From the NCBI RefSeq assembly GCF_001652585.1, contig NZ_LWLG01000015.1, positions 31,800-63,799 on the forward strand: DNA of 32,000 bases, read 5' to 3'. The stretch is from Thermosulfurimonas dismutans. Its GTDB lineage: Bacteria > Desulfobacterota > Thermodesulfobacteria > Thermodesulfobacteriales > Thermodesulfobacteriaceae. The stretch's first letter is position 1, and each line of letters begins with the position of its first letter. The notes beneath the pieces are model-generated. The model was not told the origin of the DNA. It ran no database searches and was given only the letters and a program-made list of their open reading frames with translations. The position numbers and the translations under genes were made by a program. Shown piece after piece: positions 23,066-32,000 of the stretch.

Positions 23066-24451
23066 ATGGTAACCCAAATGAAGGCGGCTTTTAGAGCTTT
23101 TTGGGCTCCCTGTTTAATGGTTCTAGTGCTGTATGTGGTTCCCCTTTCTTTTCCTTTGACTTCCATCCAGGAAGCCCGTCGGGCAGAGATCGTTCAAGAG
23201 GCCGTAATACTCGGAAACTGGCTTATTCCTAGCCTCAATGGTGAGCCTTATGTGGTGAAACCCCCGTTTCATATTTGGATAACAGGCGTCTTCGCTTGGC
23301 TTTTTGGTGTTAAGGAAGCTGTGCTAAGGATATCCTCTTTTCTTTCGGCGCTTGGCATAGGAATTGTTCTCTATCGCCTGACCCTAAAGGTTTGTAGCCG
23401 CATGGAAATAGCCCTTCTTTCCGTGCTAATCCTGATTTCTGCTCCCAAGTTCTTTTTCTTCTCTCACCGGGTGGAAATCGATATGTTGCTGGCCTTTCTT
23501 TATTTTTTAAGCTTCTATTTCTTCTGGAGCTACCTCTCCGAGGAGAAAAGCCGATTCCTTTACCTGGGATATTTTGTGGCTGGACTGGCGGCCCTAACCA
23601 AGGGCCCTTTCATTTTTTTTCTCTTTCCGCCGCTGGCGATTTACGGCCTCCTCTACAAAGATCGCCGGATCTGGCGGGTACTTTTCAATCCCCTGGGTTG
23701 GTTTCTTCTTCTGGCTCCGGTCTGCGGCTGGTATTTTTACGCCTACAAAAAGCTTTCGGCCGCGGCTTTTTACGAATTCATCTATACCGACATCTTTGGA
23801 AGGATTTCCACCGGCAAAAGGGATCCCTTTTGGCATTACCCAGGGGCTCTTCTTCTGGCCTTCATGCCTTGGACCTTGGCTTTGCTTTACCGTCCGGGGA
23901 AGTTTTTGCGGGAGGCGTTGCGTGGCCAGCAGTCCCTTATCTTCCTATCTTTTTTGGTGCCGATTACCCTTCTCAGCTTTACGGCCGCCAAATACAGCAA
24001 GTATCTCCTTCCTTTTTACCCCTTCTTTGCCTTGTTCCTTGCCCGCCTGATATTCAGCCAGCTTGAAAACCGAGCCTTTCCAATACGAAAATTTATGGTC
24101 GGGACTTCTTTTATAGTTCTAATGATGGTGGCCGGTACTCTGGTTATGGAATACCATTCAAACCGGCTCCGCTTCGACTCTCTATCGGCGGCGAGGCCCT
24201 ATCTATCCCTGCCTTATCCCTATTACAGTTACCGAAAGGAACCCAACTATCTTCTGGTCTTTTATCACGGGGGCCCTATTCCGGTGGTAAGAGAAGAAGA
24301 TCTCAAGGGTCTCAAGCCCCCCTTTGTGCTCTTAGTGGAAACCATCCCCGGGGCCGAGGTCTCTTTGCCTAGGTCAGACCTTGGAAAACTCGCCGAGATT
24401 TCTCCATTCTACAGAAAAAAACGTCGCCTTTTGATCTTTGTTTTTTCCTGA
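23066..24451 (+). CDS. GT-C fold glycosyltransferase, ArnT/PMT_2-like, 461 aa (paralog C, last gene of the efflux operon)
   Basis: First loop reads SIQEARRAEIVQEAVILGNWLIPSLNGEPYVVKPPFHIW. An LTKGP motif is present and the protein is polytopic. It starts 3 bp after the RND2 stop. Confidence 0.75.
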   Translation: MVTQMKAAFRAFWAPCLMVLVLYVVPLSFPLTSIQEARRAEIVQEAVILGNWLIPSLNGEPYVVKPPFHIWITGVFAWLFGVKEAVLRISSFLSALGIGIVLYRLTLKVCSRMEIALLSVLILISAPKFFFFSHRVEIDMLLAFLYFLSFYFFWSYLSEEKSRFLYLGYFVAGLAALTKGPFIFFLFPPLAIYGLLYKDRRIWRVLFNPLGWFLLLAPVCGWYFYAYKKLSAAAFYEFIYTDIFGRISTGKRDPFWHYPGALLLAFMPWTLALLYRPGKFLREALRGQQSLIFLSFLVPITLLSFTAAKYSKYLLPFYPFFALFLARLIFSQLENRAFPIRKFMVGTSFIVLMMVAGTLVMEYHSNRLRFDSLSAARPYLSLPYPYYSYRKEPNYLLVFYHGGPIPVVREEDLKGLKPPFVLLVETIPGAEVSLPRSDLGKLAEISPFYRKKRRLLIFVFS

Positions 24452-24454
24452 AGT

Positions 24455-25429
24455 TTACCGGTTCTGGCGGATACGAGCGGGGTAGGGAGGTATTTTCTCG
24501 CGGTAAAGGAGGTCTTTTAAGACCGCGAGTTTTTCAGAAATTCCTAGTGCCTTCTGCACCCGTCCGAAATAGTAAAGACCGAAGGGGAAGTTTTGGAGAT
24601 ACCAGAAGAGCCAGAGGTTGAACCTTTTCTCCCGCCATTCTTCGGGCAGGAGCTTCAGGTGTTCAGCCATGAGTAAGACCGGCTCAAAGGGATTGGGTGC
24701 CTCGGGTATGGGGTCTCCCTTGAGAAAGGCCCTCGCATCCCGAAAGATCCAGGGGCGAAGGAGGGCCGTACGGCCAATCATAACGCCGTCACAGCCGGTG
24801 GTCTCAAGCATCCTGAGGACGTCTTCCGGAGAAAATATGTCCCCGTTTCCGATGACTGTGGCTCCGGTTTCACGCTTCAAGGCTGCGATTTCTTCCCACC
24901 GAGGCGGCCGCCGGAAACCATCCTCCGGAGCCCGGGGGTGTAAGATCAGGATCTCAACCCCTTCGGCAAGCAACCCTTCCGCAAAGGCGATGAGCCGCCT
25001 GAGATCGTGCCCCGGGGTGGAACGAAGTTTGGCGAAAAGGGGTTTGCGGGTCATCTTACGCCCCCCGGCCGCTATTTTGCGGGCGAGCTCCGGCTCCGAA
25101 AGAAGGGCCGCACCCCAGCCGTAGCGTTTGGCCCGTCCCCGGGCGCAGCCGAAATTTAGGTCGTAGCCATAGAAGTCAAAGCGAGCCTCAAGCCGTTCCA
25201 GGGCTTGGACTATGACCTCGGGCTCCCTTCCGGCAAGCTGAGCGATAAGGGGCCGGTCGGCCTCGGTGTAGAAGAGGTAGGGATCCCTTTCCGGAGGCTG
25301 GTGCACGATGGCCCTGGCGCTCACCATCTCGGTGTAGAAGAAGTCCGGCGGCCCGTAGTGGGCCACGAGCCGCCTGAAGGCCACATGCGTGAGCCCATCC
25401 ATGGGAGCTAGGAAGAGGGTAGCCCGCAT
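24455..25429 (-). CDS. tRNA-dihydrouridine synthase (Dus family), 324 aa from the ATG at 25429
   Basis: MRATLFLAPMDGLTHVAFRRL N-terminus and a catalytic Cys context DLNFGCA. The ATG at 25429 overlaps the rarA stop by 1 nt (TAATG). The track's GTG at 25453 would add 8 residues inside rarA. Confidence 0.85.
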   Translation of the reverse strand: MRATLFLAPMDGLTHVAFRRLVAHYGPPDFFYTEMVSARAIVHQPPERDPYLFYTEADRPLIAQLAGREPEVIVQALERLEARFDFYGYDLNFGCARGRAKRYGWGAALLSEPELARKIAAGGRKMTRKPLFAKLRSTPGHDLRRLIAFAEGLLAEGVEILILHPRAPEDGFRRPPRWEEIAALKRETGATVIGNGDIFSPEDVLRMLETTGCDGVMIGRTALLRPWIFRDARAFLKGDPIPEAPNPFEPVLLMAEHLKLLPEEWREKRFNLWLFWYLQNFPFGLYYFGRVQKALGISEKLAVLKDLLYREKIPPYPARIRQNR

Positions 25430-26763
25430 TAACCTTTCTTCCCTCGCCACCACTTAAGAAGTCTTTCCCGGATGGTCTTCTCGAAGCCCCGGTTCGTAGG
25501 GCGGTAGTAGCGACGGTCTCGGAGTTCGTCCGGGAGATACTGCTGCTCCACGAACCCCTCTGGAAAATCGTGGGCGTATTTGTAGCCCCGGCCGTAGCCT
25601 AGGGCCCGCATGAGGGCCGTTACCGGATTGCGCAGGTGCATAGGCACAGGCAGAGCCCCGTGGCGACGGGCGTCGGTCCTGGCGGCCGAAAGGCCGCGGT
25701 AGACGGCGTTGCTCTTGGGTGCACAGGCTACATAGACCGCGGCCTGAGCCAGCGCCAGCTCTCCCTCCGGACTTCCCAGAAACTCGTAGGCCTCCTTGGC
25801 AGAGACCGCTACCACTAGCGCCATGGGGTCGGCGTTTCCCACGTCCTCGGAGGCCGCCACCACGATCCTGCGGGCGATGTAAAGGGGGTCCTCCCCGGCC
25901 TCAAGCATACGGGCGAGCCAGTACAAAGCCGCGTCCGGGTCGCTTCCCCGAAGGCTCTTGTGAAAGGCTGATATCAAGTTGTAGTGCTCCTCCCCGCTCT
26001 TGTCGTAGCGGAGGGGCTTTTCGAGGAAGACCCTCTCGAGGTCGAGAACTCCGATCCGACGAGAACCGTCCTCTCTGGGCAGCGTGCTCTCCACCAGGGT
26101 CTCAAGCATATTTAAGGCCACCCGGGCGTCACCTTCGGCGGCCTGGGCGAGGAGATCAAGGGCCTTCGGTTCAACTTCGATATTCTCCCTACCGTAACCC
26201 CTTTCGGGATCACTTAAGGCCCTTTCAAGGAGTTTGCGGATGTCTTCGGAACTCAGGGGTTTGAGGACCAGGATCTTACAGCGGGAAAGGAGGGGGGCGA
26301 TGACCTCGAAGGAGGGGTTTTCGGTGGTGGCTCCGATGAGAGTCACCAGACCGGATTCCACATACGGCAAAAGAAAGTCCTGCTGAGCCTTGTTGAAGCG
26401 ATGGATCTCATCAATAAAAAGTACGGTCTTATGGCCTAAAGTAGCCATCCGACGGGCTTCTTCTATTACTTTTCTAAGGTCTTTTACTCCGGAGTCCACA
26501 GCCGAGAGGGTAATCAATCTGGCCCCTATCTCCTTGGCCAGAAGCCTTGCGAGCGTGGTCTTACCGCAGCCTGGTGGCCCCCAGAGGATGAGGGAAGGGA
26601 GTTTTTTTTGAGAGACAATACGGCTTAGAAGTCGGTCCTTGCCTAGGAGGTGACTTTGCCCCAGAAATTCAGAAAAGCTCCGGGGCCGAAGCCGTTCGGC
26701 CAGCGGTGGCCTAGGAGCAAAGAGGCTACTTTCGCTTCCGTGTTCTTTTTTCCGCTGAGCCAC
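25429..26763 (-). CDS. rarA: Replication-associated recombination protein A (MgsA/RarA AAA+ ATPase), 444 aa
   Basis: PLAERLRPRSFSEFLGQ N-terminal region, Walker A GPPGCGKTT, Walker B LFIDEIHRFNK, and the C-terminal MgsA-type segment HYNLISAFHKSLRGSDPDAALYWLARML. GTG start. Confidence 0.9.
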   Translation of the reverse strand: MAQRKKEHGSESSLFAPRPPLAERLRPRSFSEFLGQSHLLGKDRLLSRIVSQKKLPSLILWGPPGCGKTTLARLLAKEIGARLITLSAVDSGVKDLRKVIEEARRMATLGHKTVLFIDEIHRFNKAQQDFLLPYVESGLVTLIGATTENPSFEVIAPLLSRCKILVLKPLSSEDIRKLLERALSDPERGYGRENIEVEPKALDLLAQAAEGDARVALNMLETLVESTLPREDGSRRIGVLDLERVFLEKPLRYDKSGEEHYNLISAFHKSLRGSDPDAALYWLARMLEAGEDPLYIARRIVVAASEDVGNADPMALVVAVSAKEAYEFLGSPEGELALAQAAVYVACAPKSNAVYRGLSAARTDARRHGALPVPMHLRNPVTALMRALGYGRGYKYAHDFPEGFVEQQYLPDELRDRRYYRPTNRGFEKTIRERLLKWWRGKKG

Positions 26764-26843
26764 TTACCGTAAACATCCTGGTGAAACAGAATGTACAGAG
26801 ACTGGTAACAATATTCCACGAAATTAGCATGAAAAGAAGGGCA

Positions 26844-28379
26844 CTACCTTTCATGGGCCTTCTCCTTTCTTCTGGCAAGATGGACCAGCACCCCAAAACC
26901 CAGGAAGATGGCCACCAGAAGGAACCTCGTAACCCAAATAGTAGGCGAAGCCTCCTTAAGATACCCCGGAAGCTCCTTGAAAATCCACCAACCGGTGATG
27001 ATGGATAGGAAAAACGGCGTCACATATCGCATAATAAAAAAGAAGATCCGTGGGAGTTTTATAAAGCCGCCCCGATTAATTTCCCGCCAAGCGGTCGAGG
27101 GATTGAAGGCCCAAAAAAAGATTACCACCTCGCACAAGGCAAAGACCACTACGAAGAATGTTCCGGCCCAGAAGTCCATTTCATCCAAGGCCTTGGGAAG
27201 CAGGATGGCGAAGTGGGCCAAGACGAAAAGGGTAAGCATGGTGAGGGTTACGGCCTTTTTTCGGGAAAAACCGAATTCATCCTCGAGGAAGGCTATCACC
27301 GGTTGGGTGATGGCCACCGAGGAGGTAATGCCAGCAAAGAAGAGGAGGATGAACCAGAAAAAGCCCAAGAGGGAGCCCGCCGGAAGATTGGCGAAGATGG
27401 CCGGAAGACTTACGAAAGCGAGGTTGAAGGCCCCACTAGCGGCGATGAGTTGGGCGGCCGCTACTCCGAAAAAGGCCGCCGCCGCCGGAATAGCGATGGA
27501 GCCTCCGAGGACGATCTCCGCAAATTCGTTAAGCGAGGAAGCCGTAAGGGCCGAAAGGGTAAGATCGTCATTACGTTTGAGATAGGAGGCGTAGGTGATG
27601 ATAGCTCCGAAGCCGAGACTCAGGGTGAAAAAGACCTGACCTGCGGCTGCGAGCCAGACTTTAGGGTTGCCAAGCTCCTGCCACTTAGGTTCCCAGAGGA
27701 AGTTAAGCCCCTGAACGGCGCTACCGAGAGGGGTTTCAAGCGTTATGACCCGCATCATGAGGATGATAGCGAGAGCAAAAAGCACCGGCATGGCCACCTT
27801 AGCAAATTTCTCTATCCCACCCGAAATACCCCTGATCAAGATGGTGTAGTTTAGGAACATGGTGACGAGAAAAAAGAGGTAGGCCGCAAGCGAGGGGCGG
27901 TAGAATCCTTCGGCCCCCATGCCGGTATATTGGAGGAGGAACTCTTTGAAAGGTTTGAGATAGGCCTCAGAGGAAGCAGCCACCTCGGCTGAAATCTTGG
28001 GAAGCTTCCCGGTAAGGGCGAAAAAGGCGTAGCCTAAGGTCCAACTTTCGATGTAGACATAGTAGCACGAGACTACAAAAGGCACGAATAGCCCCAGGAT
28101 ACCTACATAACGGGCGATGGGGTTTTTCCAAAGAAGTCCGAAGATGGCCGGGGTGGTCCCGTGTCCCCGGACGCCGCCGTAGCGGCCAATGCCCCATTCC
28201 ACCCACATGAGGGGAATGGCGATAAGAAGTAACGAAATCATGTAAGGGATCATAAAGATACCGCCACCGTTCTGGGCCGCCTGAGTGGGGAAACGCAGGA
28301 AGTTCCCCAAACCCACAGCATTTCCGGCCATGGCTAAAATCAAGCCGATCCGCGAGCCCCAGCGTTCCCTTTGTGCCAT
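26844..28379 (-). CDS. Sodium-dependent amino acid transporter of the NSS/SNF family, LeuT-like, 511 aa
   Basis: GNAVGLGNFLRFP, YYVYIESWTLG, FFTLSLGFGAIITYASY, SLNEFAE and FAGITSSVAI match the Na+/substrate-site segments of Aquifex LeuT as I remember them. GAGGAG Shine-Dalgarno 7 nt upstream of the ATG. Confidence 0.9.
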   Translation of the reverse strand: MAQRERWGSRIGLILAMAGNAVGLGNFLRFPTQAAQNGGGIFMIPYMISLLLIAIPLMWVEWGIGRYGGVRGHGTTPAIFGLLWKNPIARYVGILGLFVPFVVSCYYVYIESWTLGYAFFALTGKLPKISAEVAASSEAYLKPFKEFLLQYTGMGAEGFYRPSLAAYLFFLVTMFLNYTILIRGISGGIEKFAKVAMPVLFALAIILMMRVITLETPLGSAVQGLNFLWEPKWQELGNPKVWLAAAGQVFFTLSLGFGAIITYASYLKRNDDLTLSALTASSLNEFAEIVLGGSIAIPAAAAFFGVAAAQLIAASGAFNLAFVSLPAIFANLPAGSLLGFFWFILLFFAGITSSVAITQPVIAFLEDEFGFSRKKAVTLTMLTLFVLAHFAILLPKALDEMDFWAGTFFVVVFALCEVVIFFWAFNPSTAWREINRGGFIKLPRIFFFIMRYVTPFFLSIITGWWIFKELPGYLKEASPTIWVTRFLLVAIFLGFGVLVHLARRKEKAHER

Positions 28380-28465
28380 TTTTAACTCCTCATCCGATTT
28401 TTGGGATAAACTTTTTTATAAAAGAGAGGTATAATAATTTCAACTCTGAATAGGGGAGGTTTTGA

Positions 28466-28867
28466 GTGGATTTTACTAAAATTACTGTTTCAGAAATTAT
28501 GAGCCGAGGGGTAATTACGGTCGGTATGGAAGCTAGTTTTGAAGAAATATTGAGACAATTGACCGAAAATAAAGTGCATGCAGTAGTGGTAACGGCGCCG
28601 GGAGGCGAATTCATGGGTGTGATTAGCCATTCCGATATTATCGAGGCTCTGGCCAAAAAAGGGGCTGAGATTTTCAACCTAGTGGCGGAAGATTTGATGT
28701 GCCCCAAACCTTATACCATCGAGGGTACGGCCACTCTCAAAGAAGCTGCGGCCAAAATGGTAAACTATGGTGTTCACCGACTCTTGGTTCTCTCTTCACA
28801 CGGTGGTAAATTAGTGCCTGTTGGGGTTCTTTCGGCTATAGACCTCGTTCGGGCTGAGAGCCAATAG
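28466..28867 (+). CDS. CBS-domain pair protein, 133 aa
   Basis: Two CBS repeats (VSEIMSRGVITV...VHAVVVT and AEDLMCPKPYTI...VHRLLVL). GTG start with GGGGAGG 6 nt upstream. A TATAAT hexamer lies at 28430-28435. Confidence 0.8.
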   Translation: MDFTKITVSEIMSRGVITVGMEASFEEILRQLTENKVHAVVVTAPGGEFMGVISHSDIIEALAKKGAEIFNLVAEDLMCPKPYTIEGTATLKEAAAKMVNYGVHRLLVLSSHGGKLVPVGVLSAIDLVRAESQ

Positions 28868-28872
28868 CCCGC

Positions 28873-28901
28873 TTGACAAGGCCGAAAACCCTAGGTATAT
28901 A
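28873..28901 (+). promoter_or_regulatory. Near-consensus sigma70 promoter of the str operon (TTGACA-17 nt-TATATA)
   Basis: TTGACA at 28873-28878, a 17-nt spacer, and TATATA at 28896-28901, about 70 bp upstream of rpsL. Confidence 0.5.
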
Positions 28902-28909
28902 AAAGGTCG

Positions 28910-28945
28910 CCTTTTGCGGGACGGATGTCCCGAGGGGGATTTTTT
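28910..28945 (+). terminator. Terminator-like hairpin plus T6 run lying between the str promoter and rpsL (either the CBS gene terminator or a leader attenuator)
   Basis: Core stem CGGGAC (28917-28922) pairs with GTCCCG (28927-28932), with loop GGAT. A possible wobble extension pairs CTTTT with GGGGG. ATTTTTT follows at 28939-28945. Confidence 0.35.
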
Positions 28946-28969
28946 GAGATTTTGAGAAGGGGAAAGGTT

Positions 28970-29341
28970 ATGCCCACTTTTAATCAATTGGTAAGGTTTG
29001 GGCGTAAAAAGAGGAAAAGCAAATCCAAGTCGCCGGCGTTGGAAGGTTGTCCACAGAAGCGTGGGGTGTGTGTAAGGGTGTATACTACCACGCCCAAAAA
29101 GCCCAATTCTGCTCTTCGGAAGGTGGCTCGTGTTCGGCTTACTAATGGTATTGAGGTGACGGCCTACATTCCGGGGATTGGGCACAATCTTCAAGAGCAC
29201 TCGGTGGTGTTAGTGAGGGGTGGGCGTGTTAAGGATCTTCCTGGAGTGCGTTATAAGATAATCCGTGGGGCTCTTGATGCTGCCGGTGTTCAGGATCGTA
29301 GAAAGTCTCGCTCCAAGTACGGAGCTCCTAGACCGAAATAA
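28970..29341 (+). CDS. rpsL: 30S ribosomal protein S12, 123 aa
   Basis: Canonical [10 protein letters not shown]-terminus and the [10 protein letters not shown] motif. The track's upstream Met at 28925 adds a non-homologous 15-aa extension. Confidence 0.95.
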   Translation: MPTFNQLVRFGRKKRKSKSKSPALEGCPQKRGVCVRVYTTTPKKPNSALRKVARVRLTNGIEVTAYIPGIGHNLQEHSVVLVRGGRVKDLPGVRYKIIRGALDAAGVQDRRKSRSKYGAPRPK

Positions 29342-29351
29342 GGGGAGTTGA

Positions 29352-29828
<477 letters not shown>

Positions 29829-29916
29829 TTGTCTTTTGGTTGGAGGTGTCTCTTAAGTCCTTCGGTTGTAGGGGACTGCTATTTTGATTTTTTAATAAGG
29901 AGGTTGAGGGTAGGTT

Positions 29917-32000
29917 ATGGATAGTGAGGCTCTAAAAAGACTAAAATATACGCGTAACATTGGTTTTGTGGCTCATATCGACGCGGGGAAGACTACTACC
30001 ACCGAGCGTGTTCTTTATTACACTGGTCGTACTCACAAGATTGGTGAGGTGCATGAAGGCACCGCCACCATGGACTTCATGGTTCAAGAGCAGGAACGCG
30101 GTATTACCATTACTTCGGCAGCTACCACTTGTTTCTGGAAGGATCATCGTATCAACATCATCGATACTCCTGGGCACGTGGATTTTACTATTGAGGTCGA
30201 GCGTAGTCTTCGTGTCCTTGATGGGGCGGTGGTGATCTTCTGTGCTGTGGGTGGAGTAGAGCCCCAGTCTGAAACTGTCTGGCGTCAGGCCAATAAGTAT
30301 AGGGTGCCTCGGATCTGTTTTGTGAACAAGATGGACCGGTTGGGGGCCAATTTCGAGCGGGTGGTGGATGAAATCAAGCAGCGGCTCGGGGCTACGCCTC
30401 TCCCTCTGCAGATTCCGATCGGGGCGGAAGATAGTTTTGTGGGAGTAGTGGATCTCCTTGATATGAAGGCTATTGTTTGGGAGGAAGAGACTCTCGGGGC
30501 CAAATATCATTATGAGGAGATTCCGGCTGATCTCAAGGATAAGGCCGAGGAGTATAGAACCAACCTTATTGAGACGCTGGCAGATATAAATGATGAGATT
30601 ATGGAAAAATACCTTGAAGGCCACGAGATTACCCAAGAGGAGCTGAAAAAGGCCATTCGAGAAGCTACCTTGGCCTTCAAGGTGGTACCGGTCCTCTGTG
30701 GGTCGGCTTTCAAGAATAAAGGGGTGCAGCCTCTCCTGGATGCTATTGTGGATTATCTGCCTTCTCCTCTGGACATTCCTCCGGTAAAGGGCGTAAATCC
30801 CGATACCGGGGAGGAAGAGGAAAGGGTTACCGATCCGGATGGGCCGCTGGCCGCTTTGGCCTTCAAGATCATGGCCGATCCTTACGTTGGAACGCTTACT
30901 TTTCTTAGGATCTATTCCGGGAAGCTTGAGTCCGGAGTTACGGTTTATAACTCCACCAAAAGGAAGCGGGAGAGGATTGGGCGTCTGGTGCGGATGCACG
31001 CCAAACATCGGGAGGAGATTACTTCGGCCGAGGCCGGAGATATCGTAGCGGCCCTTGGTCTTCGAGTAACTACCACCGGAGACACCCTCTGTGATGAAAC
31101 CAAGCCCATTGAGCTTGAAAAGCTTGAGATTCCCGATCCGGTGATCTCGGTAGCTGTGGAGCCCAAAACCAAGGCCGATCAGGAAAAGCTGGCCAATGCT
31201 CTTCAGAAGATCGCGCTCGAGGATCCTTCTTTCCGGGTTCAGACCGATCAGGAGACCGGACAGACCCTCATCTGGGGTATGGGAGAGTTGCATCTTGAGA
31301 TCATCGTAGATCGTCTGGTGCGGGAATTTAAGGTTGGAGTCAATGTTGGGCGTCCGGAGGTGGCTTATAAAGAGACCATCACTTCGGTGGCAGAAGCCGA
31401 AGGGAAATACATCAAGCAGACTGGTGGTCGTGGACAATATGGACATGTAAAGCTCATAGTGGAGCCCAATCAGGGTAAAGGTTTTGAGTTTGTGTCCGAA
31501 ATCGTGGGAGGAGCTATTCCCAAGGAATTCATTCCTTCGGTAGAAAAAGGTGTGCGCGAGGCTATGGAGCAAGGAGTGCTTGCGGGCTATCCGGTAATTG
31601 ACGTTAAGGTGAGACTGGTGGATGGAAGTTATCACGAGGTGGACTCCTCGGATATGGCTTTTGCCATTGCGGGTTCGTTGGGTTTTAAGGAAGCAGCCAA
31701 AAAGGCCAATCCGGTACTCCTTGAACCCATCATGCGTTTGGAGGTGGTGACTCCCGAGGAATATCTGGGAGATGTCTTGGGGGACATTTCCTCTAGGCGG
31801 GGTAAGGTCGAAGGTATGGAGACGAGAGGGGTAGTACGTGTTATTAAGGCCTTTGTACCTCTTGCGGAAATGTTTGGATATGCTACACAATTGCGATCCC
31901 TTACGCAGGGGCGAGCCAACTTCACTATGCAGTTTTCGCATTACGAGAAGGTGCCGGCGCATCTGGCCGATGAGATCATAAAGAAAGCGAAAGGGGTATA
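29917..32000 (+). CDS. fusA: Elongation factor G, 3'-truncated by the window edge (694 codons visible). Absent from the supplied ORF track
   Basis: My own translation from the ATG at 29917 gives [37 protein letters not shown], with G-motifs DTPGHVDF and NKMD. The last readable residues are [22 protein letters not shown]. No stop occurs before base 32000. Confidence 0.95.
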   Translation, partial: MDSEALKRLKYTRNIGFVAHIDAGKTTTTERVLYYTGRTHKIGEVHEGTATMDFMVQEQERGITITSAATTCFWKDHRINIIDTPGHVDFTIEVERSLRVLDGAVVIFCAVGGVEPQSETVWRQANKYRVPRICFVNKMDRLGANFERVVDEIKQRLGATPLPLQIPIGAEDSFVGVVDLLDMKAIVWEEETLGAKYHYEEIPADLKDKAEEYRTNLIETLADINDEIMEKYLEGHEITQEELKKAIREATLAFKVVPVLCGSAFKNKGVQPLLDAIVDYLPSPLDIPPVKGVNPDTGEEEERVTDPDGPLAALAFKIMADPYVGTLTFLRIYSGKLESGVTVYNSTKRKRERIGRLVRMHAKHREEITSAEAGDIVAALGLRVTTTGDTLCDETKPIELEKLEIPDPVISVAVEPKTKADQEKLANALQKIALEDPSFRVQTDQETGQTLIWGMGELHLEIIVDRLVREFKVGVNVGRPEVAYKETITSVAEAEGKYIKQTGGRGQYGHVKLIVEPNQGKGFEFVSEIVGGAIPKEFIPSVEKGVREAMEQGVLAGYPVIDVKVRLVDGSYHEVDSSDMAFAIAGSLGFKEAAKKANPVLLEPIMRLEVVTPEEYLGDVLGDISSRRGKVEGMETRGVVRVIKAFVPLAEMFGYATQLRSLTQGRANFTMQFSHYEKVPAHLADEIIKKAKGV

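Noticed and set aside
25430-25453. GTG-initiated 8-codon extension of the dus-family gene
   Set aside because: It would overlap the rarA 3' end by 25 bp. The ATG at 25429 gives the family-typical MRATLFLAPMDG N-terminus and a TAATG stop/start junction.
26764-26843. 80-bp spacer between the LeuT-like gene and rarA, and the overlapping 75-aa plus-strand ORF at 26781-27008
   Set aside because: I could not confirm a convincing hairpin, repeat or promoter. The small ORF mostly overlaps the transporter 3' end and has no ribosome-binding site or motif.
1240-27854. Many 60-230-aa shadow ORFs antisense to or out of frame with real genes. Examples: 1240-1887, 2530-3186, 15858-16544, 21067-21534, 22484-23077, 24618-25124, 25719-26264, 26908-27585 and 27213-27854
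   Set aside because: Each lies entirely within a longer ORF that has clear family motifs. Their translations are biased towards R, S, P and G, lack motifs, and have no ribosome-binding sites. This is typical of a moderately GC-rich compact genome.
28925-28969. 15-codon N-terminal extension of S12 ([15 protein letters not shown])
   Set aside because: S12 universally begins MPT(I/F)NQL. The extension covers the leader hairpin and T-run and the GGGGAAAGG ribosome-binding site.
28978-28985. Another exact TTTTAATC copy, the extended left half of the candidate operator
   Set aside because: It lies inside rpsL codons (P-T-F-N-Q-L) with no partner hexamer 11 bp away. It shows the 8-mer can occur by chance, which is why the operator claim rests on the paired, spaced repeats in the two spacers.
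29856-29896. Weak hairpin (AGTCC...GGACT, 12-nt loop) followed by a T-rich stretch between rpsG and fusA
   Set aside because: It has only 5 bp with a large loop, and a T-run interrupted by G and A. That is too weak to call a terminator or attenuator without folding energies or conservation data.
29941-31962. 673-aa minus-strand ORF, the longest entry in the track for this region
   Set aside because: It is the exact codon-register antisense of EF-G (fusA). Its translation is low-complexity and rich in R, S, L, H and G, with no recognisable motif. The plus strand encodes canonical EF-G G-domain motifs. It is an artefact of codon bias.

Overview
Very compact window: by my hand count only about 719 of 32,000 bp are intergenic, so it is roughly 97.8% coding. 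It looks chromosomal. The host is probably a thermophilic, deep-branching Gram-negative bacterium, because the proteins are rich in E/K/R and the SNF transporter is recognisably a LeuT (Aquifex aeolicus) relative. The taxon cannot be fixed from here. The flanks are housekeeping genes. On the left are the 3' part of ftsZ, an orphan Fe-S fumarase/tartrate-dehydratase alpha subunit, and ftsH. On the right are a Dus-family tRNA-dihydrouridine synthase, rarA, a LeuT-like Na+ symporter, a CBS protein and the str operon (rpsL-rpsG-fusA). fusA is missing from the supplied ORF track because it runs off the window end; a 673-aa antisense artefact is listed in its place. The middle ~20.7 kb (3792-24451) is the interesting part, a single envelope-oriented supercluster. 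It has (i) a minus-strand five-gene operon: two ArnT/PMT_2-type GT-C transferases, a WbpB/GnnA-like oxidoreductase, a DegT aminotransferase and an ArnC/GtrB-type polyprenyl-phosphate GT2. It has (ii) a divergent OmpR-type response regulator and histidine kinase. It has (iii) an 8-gene plus-strand operon: a secreted 158-aa unknown, an OMF lipoprotein, MFP, RND, a second MFP, a doubly membrane-anchored metallophosphoesterase, a second RND, and a third GT-C transferase. Three direct-repeat boxes fit the enterobacterial PmrA-box pattern YTTAAK-N5-YTTAAK as I recall it. They sit in front of the modification operon, the two-component genes and the efflux operon, which suggests one regulon. All component families are known. 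What looks undescribed is the architecture: an Arn/Rgt-like pathway with different sugar chemistry, wired to an interleaved dual RND pump that carries a periplasmic phosphoesterase and its own GT-C enzyme. I saw no CRISPR array, no tRNA/rRNA, no transposase or integrase, and no recognisable defence genes. All homology calls rest on motif recognition by eye. No searches were run.
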